A stretch of DNA of 64,000 nt from an uncultured Acidobacteriota bacterium (GCA_963843575.1 CAWJKZ010000013.1:32001-96000); one strand, 5' to 3'. Counted from the stretch's first letter, positions 21,239 through 31,608 are shown. Numbers and translations are program-made. The notes: generated from the sequence alone by a model not told the origin.

Positions 21239-22462
21239 TCACGGCTCGGATCGGTTCGCCCGGGCCGGTATACTGGCGGCGGCGATCGCGGCGAGGAGTG
21301 CTGCGGCGATCAGCAGCGCGAACCCAAGGTCGTAGCTGCGAGTCACGTCGAAGATCCGGCCGACCAGCACGGGTGCGAACGCCTGCCCGATGGCATCCGT
21401 GGTCAGGATGATGCCCATAAGCCGTCCCAGCGACGCCACCCCAAAACACTGTGCCGTCGTCAGCGGGATGAGCATGTAATCGGCCCCCATCCCGAACCCG
21501 AACACGAACGCGAAAAGGTATACGACGTTCGGCACCCGGACATAGTACAGGAGCGGGATCGAGCAGCCCACCATGAGAAACGCCGCCAGCATCACGTACT
21601 TCTTCGGAAACCGGTCCGCGAGGTAACCCATGACCAGGCGTCCGACGATGCTCGAGACGAGCAGAAAGCTCGCGACGCGAGCGGCGCTTTCCGGGACGAA
21701 ACCCTGGTCGCGGAGAAACAGCTGCAGGTGTTGTATCACGCCGCCCACTGCCCCGATGCTCAGGGCGCTGCCGAGCAGGATCATCCAGAAAGCGCGGGTC
21801 CTGAACGCATCGCGCAGTTTGACCGGAGACGCCTGCGGGTCAGGGCGAACGGAGGCGGGCGGTGCCGGTGCGCCGTCGGGTTGAAGCCCGAGGTCCGACG
21901 GACGGTTCTTCACCAGCACCAGGGTCACCGGTATGAGCACGGCCAGGATCCCGGCGCTCAACGCCAGCATCGCGGTCCGCCACCCGTAGTGGCGGATCAG
22001 GTACTGGGCGAGAACGGGAGCGACCGCGCCACCGACGCCGGCCCCGACGTAGGCGAGCCCCATCGCCCGTCCCCGCATCCGTCTGAACCACTGCGAGATC
22101 AGCACCTGGTTCGGGATCGGCCCCGCGACGACGTACCCGATCGTCTGCATGAAATAGAAAATGTAATACGACGACAGAGACTGCATGAAGGAGAAACCGA
22201 GGAAGGCGGCCCCGGCAGAGATCAAACCCGCCAGCAGAATGCGTTTCGTCCCGTACCGGTCGATCAGGAAGCCGGCCGACACGCCGAACACAGGCCCGAC
22301 CAGCAGAAGGGAGTAAAAGAACCCGGCCGTGACCTGCGCGCGGCTCCAGCCGAAGGACTCGATGAGCGGAGGGTAGAAGACAGGGAAGCTGTAGTAGACG
22401 ATGCCGACGATCACGAACAGGATCGTGAAGCTCGCCGCAGCGATGCGCCAGCCGTAGTACAC
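21239..22462 (-). CDS. MFS transporter (monocarboxylate/oxalate-like)
   Basis: About 12 hydrophobic helices; YYGW start, GFLIDRYG, WFRRMRGRAMG, GYLADRF motifs. Confidence 0.9.
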   Translation of the reverse strand: MYYGWRIAAASFTILFVIVGIVYYSFPVFYPPLIESFGWSRAQVTAGFFYSLLLVGPVFGVSAGFLIDRYGTKRILLAGLISAGAAFLGFSFMQSLSSYYIFYFMQTIGYVVAGPIPNQVLISQWFRRMRGRAMGLAYVGAGVGGAVAPVLAQYLIRHYGWRTAMLALSAGILAVLIPVTLVLVKNRPSDLGLQPDGAPAPPASVRPDPQASPVKLRDAFRTRAFWMILLGSALSIGAVGGVIQHLQLFLRDQGFVPESAARVASFLLVSSIVGRLVMGYLADRFPKKYVMLAAFLMVGCSIPLLYYVRVPNVVYLFAFVFGFGMGADYMLIPLTTAQCFGVASLGRLMGIILTTDAIGQAFAPVLVGRIFDVTRSYDLGFALLIAAALLAAIAAASIPARANRSEP

Positions 22463-22767
22463 GATTCTCCTTCTCGCGGGTCAGGGGCAATCCTAACGCA
22501 CTCCGGCTGGTGTCGCCTTGAGATTCTTCGACCGCAGCGACCGGGCGGATCATGGATGTGCGGCGGGTACCCGCTTCAGATGCCAGCCAAGGAGGGACGC
22601 GGAAGTCACGGAAGCCGGCGGGTGGCACACAGAACCGGCTTTGCGCGCGCATGCCGGGGTGCGTGTGGGGTGCGGGGCCCGACGCCGCACTCAAAATGTC
22701 GGCCTGACGGACGATGCGCTTTTGGGGTAACATGCGTTGCCAACAGGCCTCTAACCAGGAGAAAGCC

Positions 22768-24603
22768 ATGCCGAGCCTCGCGTTTGCCTTCCTTTCTCTG
22801 TTGCTCTGCTCCGCTGTCGCCGGAGCCGCCGACACCAGCGTCCGCGCCGTTTGGGCCGTCAACGACGGCGAACGCATTGAACGCGACGACCTCGCCAACA
22901 AGAACAAGGCCGGGAATTCGGCCTGGGACGGGCGAAGAATCAGGGTTTTCGCCGCCCGGAACGAACTCATCGCGTTCCAGGTCATCGTTGAAGCCGGCGA
23001 CAAGGGCATCGACCGGCTCGGTGTGTCTCTCAACGAACTGGCGCGCCGCGGAGGCAACGGCCGTATCGCCTATGTCGCGCCCGCCAGCGATCCGACCCTG
23101 TACGCCGGCCGGCCCATCCAGCTTTTTTCTGTCAACTACATGAACATCACAACGCCGACCTCGGCCGACTGGATTTTCAAGGTCGGCAAACCCGGTGCCC
23201 CCGCAGACCCGACGGGGTGGAAACCGGTGCAGCTCGTCCCGGAGAACGCCAGGGCGGGCAAAGGGGGATTCCCGGTGAAAGTCGGGCCGCGCCAGAACCA
23301 GGCTTTCTGGATCGAGGTCTATACCAGGCGCGACCTCCCGGCCGGGTTCTACGACGGCAGCGTGCTGATCAAGGCCGACGGCCAGATCCGCAACGTTCCC
23401 GTCGAGCTCGAAGTGTTCGATTTCGCCCTGCCCGACACGAATAGCATGCACGCGATGGTGTACTACTCCGGCGGGCAGCTCGAGCTGTACCACGGCAGGA
23501 ACCTGGACCCCCAATACCACCGGTTTGCCCACCGCAACCGGGTCGAACTGGTCCACGGTTACTCCGTCAATTCCGCCGGGGCCGCCATGGGCCGGCTCTC
23601 CGGGGCCGATTTCACCAAAGCCAACGGGTACGAGGGTCCCGGCGAGAACGTGGGCAACACCATCGTGCCCGCGTCCTTTTACGGCCCAGGGCGGGACTAT
23701 GACGACCGGCAGAGTGCATGGGCGAAATCGGATGCGTGGATGACGTTTCTCCAGGGCAGTTTACCGAAAGCGATTACTTTCCTCTACATGCCCGACGAAC
23801 CGGGCCGCGCGCAGTTCGCCTACATCCGCAAGCTCGCCGAGAACATCCACTCGAATCCCGGGCCCGGCAAAAAGCTGCCCGTGTTCGTGACACGACACTA
23901 CACACCGGAACTCGAGGGTGCTATCGACATCTGGGACTCCGGTCCGGCGGGTTACGACATCGATCAGGCGCGCAAGGAGCGCGCGAAGGGGCGCGATTTC
24001 TGGATCTATAACGGCGGGCGCCCCGCCGGTGGCGCCATCACCAACGACGCACCCGCGACCGACGCGCGCGCCACCATCTGGGCCTGTTTCAAGCACGACA
24101 TCAAGGTCTATTTCTATTGGCACGGCGTTCACTGGGAGCACAACTCCCAGAAACAGGGCGAACGCAAACAGAACGTGTGGGCCGACCCGATCACGTTCGA
24201 CAACCGGGGCCAGCCGAGAAAACCCATCCCCGACCAGGGATTCGCCAACGGCGACGGCGTGCTCATGTACCCCGGGGAGGAGAAGGTCCACCCCGAAGAG
24301 GACCGTGGGATCGCCGGACCCTGCCCGACCATGCAGCTGGCCAACTTCCGCCGGGGCCTGCAGGACCACCAGTACCTGACGCTCGCCCGCAAGCTGGGCC
24401 TCAACGACCTGGTCGAGGAGACTCTGAAAGCGGTTGTTCCCCGCGTCTTCTCCGACGCCAAGGGGAGCGTGGGGTTCGCCGAGGACGGAAACGCCTACGA
24501 GACAGCCCGCCTGAAGCTTGCCCAGGCGATCGCGGCTCTTTCCGGGAGAGTGGGGCGTGGCGGCTCGCCGCCGCCCACCGTTCCTGGCCGCCCGGTGGGT
24601 TGA
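22768..24603 (+). CDS. secreted DUF4091/GH123-like glycoside hydrolase
   Basis: AGGAG RBS, signal peptide, AARNELIAFQV, YMPDEP, NGDGVLMYPG, RRGLQDHQYL. Confidence 0.75.
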   Translation: MPSLAFAFLSLLLCSAVAGAADTSVRAVWAVNDGERIERDDLANKNKAGNSAWDGRRIRVFAARNELIAFQVIVEAGDKGIDRLGVSLNELARRGGNGRIAYVAPASDPTLYAGRPIQLFSVNYMNITTPTSADWIFKVGKPGAPADPTGWKPVQLVPENARAGKGGFPVKVGPRQNQAFWIEVYTRRDLPAGFYDGSVLIKADGQIRNVPVELEVFDFALPDTNSMHAMVYYSGGQLELYHGRNLDPQYHRFAHRNRVELVHGYSVNSAGAAMGRLSGADFTKANGYEGPGENVGNTIVPASFYGPGRDYDDRQSAWAKSDAWMTFLQGSLPKAITFLYMPDEPGRAQFAYIRKLAENIHSNPGPGKKLPVFVTRHYTPELEGAIDIWDSGPAGYDIDQARKERAKGRDFWIYNGGRPAGGAITNDAPATDARATIWACFKHDIKVYFYWHGVHWEHNSQKQGERKQNVWADPITFDNRGQPRKPIPDQGFANGDGVLMYPGEEKVHPEEDRGIAGPCPTMQLANFRRGLQDHQYLTLARKLGLNDLVEETLKAVVPRVFSDAKGSVGFAEDGNAYETARLKLAQAIAALSGRVGRGGSPPPTVPGRPVG

Positions 24604-24632
24604 TCGTGCGCGCCGGCTTGCCGGCCGCCCAC
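24550..24632. repeat. two GTGG/CCCAC-tagged REP-like palindromes
   Basis: 24550-24578 GTGGGGCGTGGCGGCTCGCCGCCGCCCAC and 24606-24632 GTGCGCGCCGGCTTGCCGGCCGCCCAC. Confidence 0.5.
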
Positions 24633-24664
24633 GCGGTGAGTCGTCCGATTGAAAGGAGCACTGC

Positions 24665-24955
24665 ATGAAGCCGATCCTCGCCGTGGTCCTGGCCGCGCTC
24701 AGCCTGGCCGCGGCGCCGCAGCAGGACGACCCGTTCCGCGTCAAACGAGCCCCCCTGCTGCCGCCCGGTCCGCAGATCACCTCTTACCTGCAGTACCAGG
24801 TAGACCAGGCATGGCGGCAGGACCAGCGGCGCGCCGCCGAATTCGCGGGCATCCGCACGGAAGCCGAGGATGCGTGCCGAGTTCAGGTCGAACGGCCGCA
24901 CTCGACAGGAGGTGACACATGCGCGTCTGGTGCTGCGCGTTACCCCTCGCGATAA
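24665..24955 (+). pseudogene. probable truncated N-terminus of a secreted hydrolase
   Basis: AAAGGAG RBS, signal peptide and about 70 well-formed codons, then degenerate sequence running into the next gene. Confidence 0.4.
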
Positions 24956-26223
24956 TGATGCTGTGCCCGGCTGCGCCGCAGCGCCCGGAGTTTCCGCCCG
25001 ATGTGCGGATGGCCCAGCTGGTCCAGGCAAATATCGTCGCGGTGCACGCGTACCAGGTATTGCTTGCCAGGCGGGCGGCGAAAGGGGACTCCGCCTGTTA
25101 TTCCGCCGGATCCCTGTCCGATGCCGGACTGGAGGCGTTGGTCGCCCATCAAGCCGCGCTCCTCGCATCGGATCGCACCGCCCTCAAGGCGTGGACCAAG
25201 GGGCAGCCCTCGAAATTCGATCCGGCTGCGGATCTCGATCCCATACTCCAATCGCCGCTCCGGATCCCGGACACCGCGCCGGTCAACGTGTTCTCCGGCT
25301 ACCTGCGCCAGCAGGTCGTCGCCCCCGCCGCGCACGTGCGCGCCATCGCCAACCTGTACCAGACTGTCCTGGAGGTCGACCGGGACGGGGATTTGCTCCA
25401 GGCGGAGTTTGACTTCTACATCGCTCTGGGGCTGCCCGTCTACCTGGGCCGGTTCCAGGTGGAGGGGACCGACGCGGCATTTCTGGCGGTCGGCCGGGAA
25501 CTCGCACCCCTGACCTGCGCATCCCCGTTCGACACGGACGCTGCCGCCTGGCAAATCGCAGGGCGCAAGATCTGGAACTGGGCGGAAAAGAATCTTCACA
25601 TCCGCGACGAGCGGGTTGTCGGGCTGGAGCTCCTGAAAGACCCGGAGTGTGCCCGTCTGCTCCCCGCCATCCGGGCGCTCCCGGCCCTCCGCATCGCTAT
25701 CATCGGCCACTCTTTCACCATGGGGGCGCACTGGTCCTCGCCTTCGAGCTTTGTCCCGATCGTCTCGGCGATGGTGTCGCGCGAAAACCGTCGGGTCGTG
25801 TTCCGGCAGTATCAAGGCGGCGGATTGACGGCCTCGCGCGCGCAGCGGGACTTCTACAAAGAAGCGCTCGCGTGGAAACCGAACAAGGTCCTGCTGGTGG
25901 TTCTCACGCGGCGCGACGAGGACTACAGGGCCCTCAAGGAGATGGGGGAAGGTTTCGCGCAAGCCGGCGTCGAGTGCCTGGTCTTCGACAACATTCACGA
26001 CCCGGAGGCGAGGGATCCCGAGGTTGTGGCGCGATTCAACGCCACGGCCCGGTCCGCGGGAATGACCATCATCGAAGTCGACCGGATCCTCTCGGCGGCC
26101 CCGGACCGCGCGGCGTTTGTCTGTCTGGACGGTATTCACATGACGGAGCCGTACCACCGGCTCATGGCAAAGGAATGGCTCGGGTTTCTCGCGGGAGCCC
26201 GCCCCGCAGGAGGTTCGCGATGA
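24919..26223 (+). CDS. secreted protein with C-terminal SGNH/GDSL-like domain
   Basis: AGGAGG RBS; IAIIGHSFT (GxS block I) and DGIHMTEPYH (DxxH block V). Confidence 0.65.
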   Translation: MRVWCCALPLAIMMLCPAAPQRPEFPPDVRMAQLVQANIVAVHAYQVLLARRAAKGDSACYSAGSLSDAGLEALVAHQAALLASDRTALKAWTKGQPSKFDPAADLDPILQSPLRIPDTAPVNVFSGYLRQQVVAPAAHVRAIANLYQTVLEVDRDGDLLQAEFDFYIALGLPVYLGRFQVEGTDAAFLAVGRELAPLTCASPFDTDAAAWQIAGRKIWNWAEKNLHIRDERVVGLELLKDPECARLLPAIRALPALRIAIIGHSFTMGAHWSSPSSFVPIVSAMVSRENRRVVFRQYQGGGLTASRAQRDFYKEALAWKPNKVLLVVLTRRDEDYRALKEMGEGFAQAGVECLVFDNIHDPEARDPEVVARFNATARSAGMTIIEVDRILSAAPDRAAFVCLDGIHMTEPYHRLMAKEWLGFLAGARPAGGSR

Positions 26224-28004
26224 GAGTTACGTGCGGATTTCTGGTTCTTGCTGCCCTGGCAGCCGCGCCCGGCGGCGCGGGCGTGCCGGGTTACGGTCAG
26301 GACCTGCGGGTCGTGGTCGAGAACGGGGTCTCGGTCCGGATGCGGGACGGTACCACGCTCGTGGCCGACGTCTACCGGCCGGGCGAGCCCGGCAAATACC
26401 CGGTCCTGCTGCAGCGCACGCCCTACAACCGGCGCGATCCGGTGACCGGGACCCAGCTGGCGGCCGCCGGCTACGTCGTCATCTTTCAGGACACGCGCGG
26501 CCGCTTTGATTCGGGCGGTGAGTTCTATCCTTTCCGCGACGAAGCCAATGACGGGTTCGACACGGTCGAGTGGGCGGCGGCGCTGGACTACTGCAACGGG
26601 CAGGTCGGCATGTTCGGCGGCTCCTACGTCGGAGCTACCCAGATGCTGGCCGCCACGACCGCGCCCCCGCACCTGGCCGCCATCTTCCCCTACGTGACCG
26701 CCTCCGAGTACTACGACGGCTGGACCTACCAGAACGGCGCCTTCATGCAGTGGTTCGCCGGCTCGTGGACCTCCGGGCTCGCCGAGGACACCCTGCGCCG
26801 CCGCGCCGACTCTCTCTCCCGGCCCCGGGATTGGATCGACCGGCTCCCCGTGGAGGCCTACCGCATCATCGCACTCCCCGAGGTGGCCGAGCTGGCGCAC
26901 TACCACAGGGACTGGATCGAACACGAGCGCGACGACGCCTACTGGCGGCAGTGGCGCGTCTCCGATCACTACGGCCGGATGACCGCAAAAGGGCTGCATG
27001 CGGGGGGGTGGCACGACCTGTTCCTGAAGGGATCGATCGCGAACTACCTCGGCATGCGGAAGGGCGCGGCGACCCAGGCCGCCCGCGACGGCCAGCGGCT
27101 GCTTGTCGGCCCGTGGGCCCACGCGGCCACGTCGCCCGAAGGAAAAATCGGCGACATCGTGTTCGGCCAGGACGCGGTCCTGGATATGAACAGGACCATG
27201 CTCGAGTGGTTCGATTACGCGTTGAAGGGATCGCAGAACGCCTACGCCTCGGGGGCCCCGGTGCGCCTGTTCATCATGGGCGAAAACGCGTGGCGCGACG
27301 AACAAGAGTTCCCGCCGGCCCGCACCCGCTACACCCGCTACTTCCTGCACTCGACGCGGGGCGCGAATTCACTGGCGGGCGACGGCGCCCTGTCCCCCGA
27401 CGCCCCGCACACCGAGCGGGCCGACGTATTCGAGTACGATCCCGCTAATCCCGTACCGACCCTCGGAGGACGCCTTTGCTGCGGCCCGGGGATTCCCCCG
27501 GGACCCTTTGACCAGCGCCCCAACGAGGACCGCCGCGACGTGCTCGTCTTCTCGACGCCGCCCCTGACGCAGGAGGTCGAGGTCACCGGTTATGTCAGCC
27601 TAGATCTGTACGCCTCGACCACCGCGGTCGACACGGATTTCACGGCGCTCCTGGCCGACGTCGAGCCGAACGGTTACGCGCGCTTCCTCACCGACGGAAT
27701 CGTCCGCGGGCGCTACCGCAACTCGACGGAAAAACCCGAACCACTGCAACCGGGCGAGATTCAAAAATACCGGGTCGACCTGTGGGCGACGGGCAACCTG
27801 TTCAAGGCCGGCCACCGGATCCGGCTCTATGTCTCGAGCAGCAATTTCCCGCGCTTCGACCGCAACCTGAACACCGGCGAGCCGATCCTCGGGGCGACTC
27901 GAATGGTCCGGGCGACCCAGACGATTTACCACGACGCCACGCACCCTTCGGCCCTGGTCTTGCCCGTTATCCCGCGCGCATCGCAGGGTGCGCGTGCACG
28001 CTGA
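26220..28004 (+). CDS. CocE/NonD family serine hydrolase
   Basis: MRDGTTLVADVYRP, RTPY, GGSYVG nucleophile, GPWAH, SSNFPRFDRNLNTG. Confidence 0.92.
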   Translation: MRVTCGFLVLAALAAAPGGAGVPGYGQDLRVVVENGVSVRMRDGTTLVADVYRPGEPGKYPVLLQRTPYNRRDPVTGTQLAAAGYVVIFQDTRGRFDSGGEFYPFRDEANDGFDTVEWAAALDYCNGQVGMFGGSYVGATQMLAATTAPPHLAAIFPYVTASEYYDGWTYQNGAFMQWFAGSWTSGLAEDTLRRRADSLSRPRDWIDRLPVEAYRIIALPEVAELAHYHRDWIEHERDDAYWRQWRVSDHYGRMTAKGLHAGGWHDLFLKGSIANYLGMRKGAATQAARDGQRLLVGPWAHAATSPEGKIGDIVFGQDAVLDMNRTMLEWFDYALKGSQNAYASGAPVRLFIMGENAWRDEQEFPPARTRYTRYFLHSTRGANSLAGDGALSPDAPHTERADVFEYDPANPVPTLGGRLCCGPGIPPGPFDQRPNEDRRDVLVFSTPPLTQEVEVTGYVSLDLYASTTAVDTDFTALLADVEPNGYARFLTDGIVRGRYRNSTEKPEPLQPGEIQKYRVDLWATGNLFKAGHRIRLYVSSSNFPRFDRNLNTGEPILGATRMVRATQTIYHDATHPSALVLPVIPRASQGARAR

Positions 28005-28188
28005 GGTCCTCGCCTATGCGCCAAGCAGACGGTGCGCGGCCGCAGCTACCGGCATGCGCACCTGACGCAGATCGCCGAGTCGGCGATCCAGATGCGGCGC
28101 GACCTGGAGGAGCTCGGCGCGCGCCCCATCACGACCACAGGGTCTTCGCCCGGAACCTATAGAGGGCGCCGCATCCCGGCGCCCACCC

Positions 28189-29175
28189 TCAGAGGGTGAG
28201 GACGGCCGCGCCGCGGATCTTACCCGCCCGCAGGCGGCCGAGCGCCTCGTTGGCGTCGGCGAGGTCAAACGGTTCGATTTCGGTTCGCACGGGCACTTGC
28301 GGCGCAATCCGCAGCAGCTCGTCCCCGTCCTGCCTCGTGAGGTTCGCCACCGACCGGACGACGCGTTCCCCCCAGAGGATTTCGTAGGGAAACGAAGGGA
28401 TGTCGCTCATGTGGATACCGGCGCACACGACAACTCCGCCTTTCCCGACCGCCCGCAGCGCCTCTGGGACGAGCGCCCCCACCGGTGCGAAGACGATGGC
28501 CGCATCCAGTTCCTCGGGGGGGAGGTCCGTCGACGGACCAACCCAGACTGCGCCGAGTCCCAGCGCGAACTGCTGACCTTCGACGTCGCCGGCCCTGGTG
28601 AAAGCAAACAGCCGCTTCCCCTGGTGCACAGCCACCTGCGCGATGATGTGGGCGGCGGCGCCGAAACCGTAAAGCCCGATCCGCTCCGCTTCGGCTCCGA
28701 TCATCCGGTAGGAGCGGTAACCGATCATCCCGGCGCAAAGCAGCGGTGCCATCTCGGCGTCGCTCACATCCCCACCCAGAGCGAAACAGTAGCGCTGGTC
28801 GGCGACCGTGCAGACCGCGTAGCCGCCATCACGGGTGTAGCCGGTAAAGAGGGCCTTGTCGCACAGGTTCTCGCGGCCTCGCAGGCAGTGTCGGCACGCG
28901 CCACACGACCAGCCGAGCCAGGGTACGCCGACCCGGTCCCCTTCCCTGAAGCCGCGCACGCGCTCCCCGGTTCGCATCACCCGCCCCACAATTTCGTGCC
29001 CGGGCACGAGGGGGAGCTTGGGTCGCGACAACTCTCCATCGAGGATGTGCAGATCCGTCCGGCAGACACCGCACGCGCTGACCTTGATGAGGATTTCGCC
29101 GGGGCCGGGTTCCGGGACCGGCAGGTCCCTCTCCTGCAACGCGTGACCCGCGGCTTCCAACACCATCGCACGCAT
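28189..29175 (-). CDS. zinc-dependent alcohol dehydrogenase family protein
   Basis: CGVCRTDLH, GHEIVG, structural Zn motif CGACRHC...C, GFGAAAH. Confidence 0.92.
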   Translation of the reverse strand: MRAMVLEAAGHALQERDLPVPEPGPGEILIKVSACGVCRTDLHILDGELSRPKLPLVPGHEIVGRVMRTGERVRGFREGDRVGVPWLGWSCGACRHCLRGRENLCDKALFTGYTRDGGYAVCTVADQRYCFALGGDVSDAEMAPLLCAGMIGYRSYRMIGAEAERIGLYGFGAAAHIIAQVAVHQGKRLFAFTRAGDVEGQQFALGLGAVWVGPSTDLPPEELDAAIVFAPVGALVPEALRAVGKGGVVVCAGIHMSDIPSFPYEILWGERVVRSVANLTRQDGDELLRIAPQVPVRTEIEPFDLADANEALGRLRAGKIRGAAVLTL

Positions 29176-29298
29176 GTTATCCCCCACAAGCCCAGGCGTG
29201 GGTCCTTTCGGACCCGCGGCGTTGATGGGGCTACCGGTGCCCCAGGATCGATGATCTGCACTCCGGTCCCAAAGCTGGCTGCGGCCTTGGCGGCCCCG

Positions 29299-30087
29299 CT
29301 AATCACCCGCCACGAGCCAGTTCACCGCATTGCACCAGAACCGCGGATACTGCTCCCAGTACACGAAGTTGCAGCCCCAGTGCGGTGCAGGATCGGACGT
29401 GTACGCGAGCACGCGCCCGGCTCCGAACCGGCCGACGGCGATCATGGGGTCGTCGGTGCCCTCCCAGACCGCGACGACGTCGCAGCCCGCGCGCGGCGCG
29501 ACAGTATTGTAGCCCAGGATGGGCGGCATCTGCGCCAGGTCGAGTCCCGCAAGCACAGGGTGGTCGCACAGAACGGCGCGGCCGCGCCAACCTTCAGTGC
29601 TTTCGCGCAGGTCCTCCCAGCGCAAGCATTCCACCGGCAGGATTTCGCGCAACTGGGTGCGTCCCCAGCCTCCCTTCCCAGCCTCCCCGTTGAAGCTCAG
29701 CCAGCCGCCGAGAAACATCATGTGCACACCCGACCGGAGCGCCTCGACCGTGAGCCGCACACGGTCCGGAAAAGTCAGCGGCACCTTGCCGAACTTGGTC
29801 CGGTCAAAGAAACTGGGAGCCAGCTGAAAATTCTTCGCCTCGACGTCGGAGAAGATGACGACGTCGTAGTCGGAAAGAATCTGCTCGTAGCGGCCCGGCG
29901 GCAGCCCATAGAATTCCCAGGTCGGCACGCTGGTTACGGTGTGGTCTCCTCCGGATTCGATCGCCTCCTTGAGCCATTTTCCGTAGTTGAAGATGTCCGT
30001 CCCCTTCCAGGCGTAGTTGAAGGGCGTTTCCGCAAACATCGGACCGAGCAACACCGCCCAGTCCCCGACATAGTAGACCTTAGCCAT
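29299..30087 (-). CDS. class I glutamine amidotransferase-like (DUF1355-type) protein
   Basis: YDVVIFSDV, GGWLSF, GRVLAYTSDPAPHWG. Confidence 0.75.
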   Translation of the reverse strand: MAKVYYVGDWAVLLGPMFAETPFNYAWKGTDIFNYGKWLKEAIESGGDHTVTSVPTWEFYGLPPGRYEQILSDYDVVIFSDVEAKNFQLAPSFFDRTKFGKVPLTFPDRVRLTVEALRSGVHMMFLGGWLSFNGEAGKGGWGRTQLREILPVECLRWEDLRESTEGWRGRAVLCDHPVLAGLDLAQMPPILGYNTVAPRAGCDVVAVWEGTDDPMIAVGRFGAGRVLAYTSDPAPHWGCNFVYWEQYPRFWCNAVNWLVAGD

Positions 30088-30238
30088 AAGTCCTCCCCTT
30101 GGGCCGAACATCCCATCATACTCTGGAGCCTGGCGGCTCGACCTGGACCTTTTGCGTAGGCCGGGGCTGCAGCGAGATTGGCCTGCGGATTGTGAAGAGT
30201 TGAATTTTGGAGGGGCAGAACAGGGGCGAGAACCTGCG

Positions 30239-30276
30239 GGTCTTCGAGGTGAGCCGTTGGGCCCACCTCGAAGACC
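30239..30276. repeat. 13-bp-stem palindrome (REP/terminator-like); right arm recurs at 21224-21236
   Basis: GGTCTTCGAGGTG...CACCTCGAAGACC. CCCACCTCGAAGA also occurs at 21224; both copies lie just past minus-strand stop codons. Confidence 0.55.
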
Positions 30277-30285
30277 GGGGACTGC

Positions 30286-31476
30286 TTAAGCTACGGCGCG
30301 CCTCAGGACGCGGTTGGTCATCGTGTAGAGTTCGTCGGGGGTGAAGGGCTTCGCCATGTAGTCGTTGGCGCCGCACTTGATGGCTTCCACGGCGGTGTCT
30401 ATGGAGGCGTACCCGGTAACGATGACGACCTTGAGGCTGGGCTTGCGCTTCCTGATGTCCGCGACGAGCTCCAGGCCGTTGGCGTCCGGCAACCGCATAT
30501 CCAGCAGCACGAGATCGTAGTTCCCGGCGGAGATGCGGGAGAGCGCCTCCTGGCCGGAGAAGGCTTCTTCCACCTTGAAAGCTTTGCGGGCAAGGGTCTT
30601 GCGGATGCTGTTGACGACGACGGCTTCGTCGTCGACCACCAACACCTTCGGGACGGCCGAGCCCGTGTCGGAGCGCCAGAACCCAACCACCGGAAGGTCG
30701 GATCGCCCCAGCGCGTTGACGTACGCCTCGCTTGTCATCGAGGCCACCTCGCGTCGTGAGAACGGCATGTCGACATCGATCGGATCCGGCACGATGGAGG
30801 TCACGTTGCCCAGCTTGGCCGCTTTTTTGCGCTCGGCGACAATCTGCGGACATTCCGGCTGCTTGCACATGCCGCTCTTGAGCATGCGCTTGCAGGAGCG
30901 CTGACCCAGGCTGCAGTAATCCGGCGCGGGGGGAGCCGGCTGCGCGATGACCGTGAGGTCGGATCGGGTCAGGTGCTCCACGAAGCGCGCCGAAGTGGCT
31001 TCCGCAACCTCGCGGCCGTCAAACGGCATGTCCACATCAATAGGGCCCGATTCCGGCATCTCCCCGTCGCACACGATTCCGGTCGACGTGCCCGACATTA
31101 CCTTCGTAACCGCGGTTTCCAGCTCTTCAGGCGTGAACGGCTTCGGGAGGTAACCCACCGCACCGAACCGGGTTGCCTCGACTGCGGAAGCGATCGACGC
31201 GAATCCCGTGATGATCAGCACTGGAGTTCCAGGCCACCGCTCGCGCACGATCTTCAGCAGCTCGATTCCGCCGGCCTGCGGCATCATCAGGTCCGCGATA
31301 ACCATGTCGAAGCCGGCGCCGGCCTCGAGCGTTTCCAGGGCCGCTGAAACGCACAGCGCCTGCTTCACTTCGTATCCCTTGCGACGCAGTATCTTTTGAA
31401 CGCTCTGGCAGACGGTGGGCTCGTCGTCCACGACCAGGATGTTGCTCTTTTCGGCTACCGTCTCGCTATTTCCCAT
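30286..31476 (-). CDS. dual receiver-domain protein with duplicated linker and 4-Cys motif
   Basis: Two REC domains (ILVVDDE...D...K; VLVVDDE...D...K) flank two IDVDMPF repeats and CSLGQRSCKRMLKSGMCKQPEC; RBS GAGGAG. Confidence 0.85.
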   Translation of the reverse strand: MGNSETVAEKSNILVVDDEPTVCQSVQKILRRKGYEVKQALCVSAALETLEAGAGFDMVIADLMMPQAGGIELLKIVRERWPGTPVLIITGFASIASAVEATRFGAVGYLPKPFTPEELETAVTKVMSGTSTGIVCDGEMPESGPIDVDMPFDGREVAEATSARFVEHLTRSDLTVIAQPAPPAPDYCSLGQRSCKRMLKSGMCKQPECPQIVAERKKAAKLGNVTSIVPDPIDVDMPFSRREVASMTSEAYVNALGRSDLPVVGFWRSDTGSAVPKVLVVDDEAVVVNSIRKTLARKAFKVEEAFSGQEALSRISAGNYDLVLLDMRLPDANGLELVADIRKRKPSLKVVIVTGYASIDTAVEAIKCGANDYMAKPFTPDELYTMTNRVLRRAVA

Positions 31477-31506
31477 GATCCGCTCCTCGCTGTATGCCTT
31501 GGATAG

Positions 31507-31523
31507 AGCACGCGGCGTGCCAA
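31507..31523 (-). promoter_or_regulatory. sigma54 (-24/-12) promoter
   Basis: Minus strand TTGGCACGCCGCGTGCT (GG-N10-GC), about 30 bp upstream of ATG 31476. Confidence 0.75.
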
Positions 31524-31608
31524 TGCAGCAGCAAGCGGAATAAATTATGTAACTACATGTAAACAATTAACTTTCTATACTATTCATCCAAGGCGCGTCC
31601 GGATGAGA

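Noticed and set aside
22500-22660. Possible riboswitch in the MFS/DUF4091 divergent spacer
   Set aside because: No recognisable conserved riboswitch core; an Rfam scan would be needed.
19937-23143. 1068-aa plus-strand ORF and other long antisense ORFs (e.g. 28297-30159, 15876-17726, 40935-42944)
   Set aside because: Shadow ORFs opposite recognisable genes, as expected in high-GC DNA; no motifs.
28005-28165. Short coding-like remnant (..RGRSYRHAHLTQIAESAIQMRRDLEELG..)
   Set aside because: No start or RBS, and I cannot assign a family.
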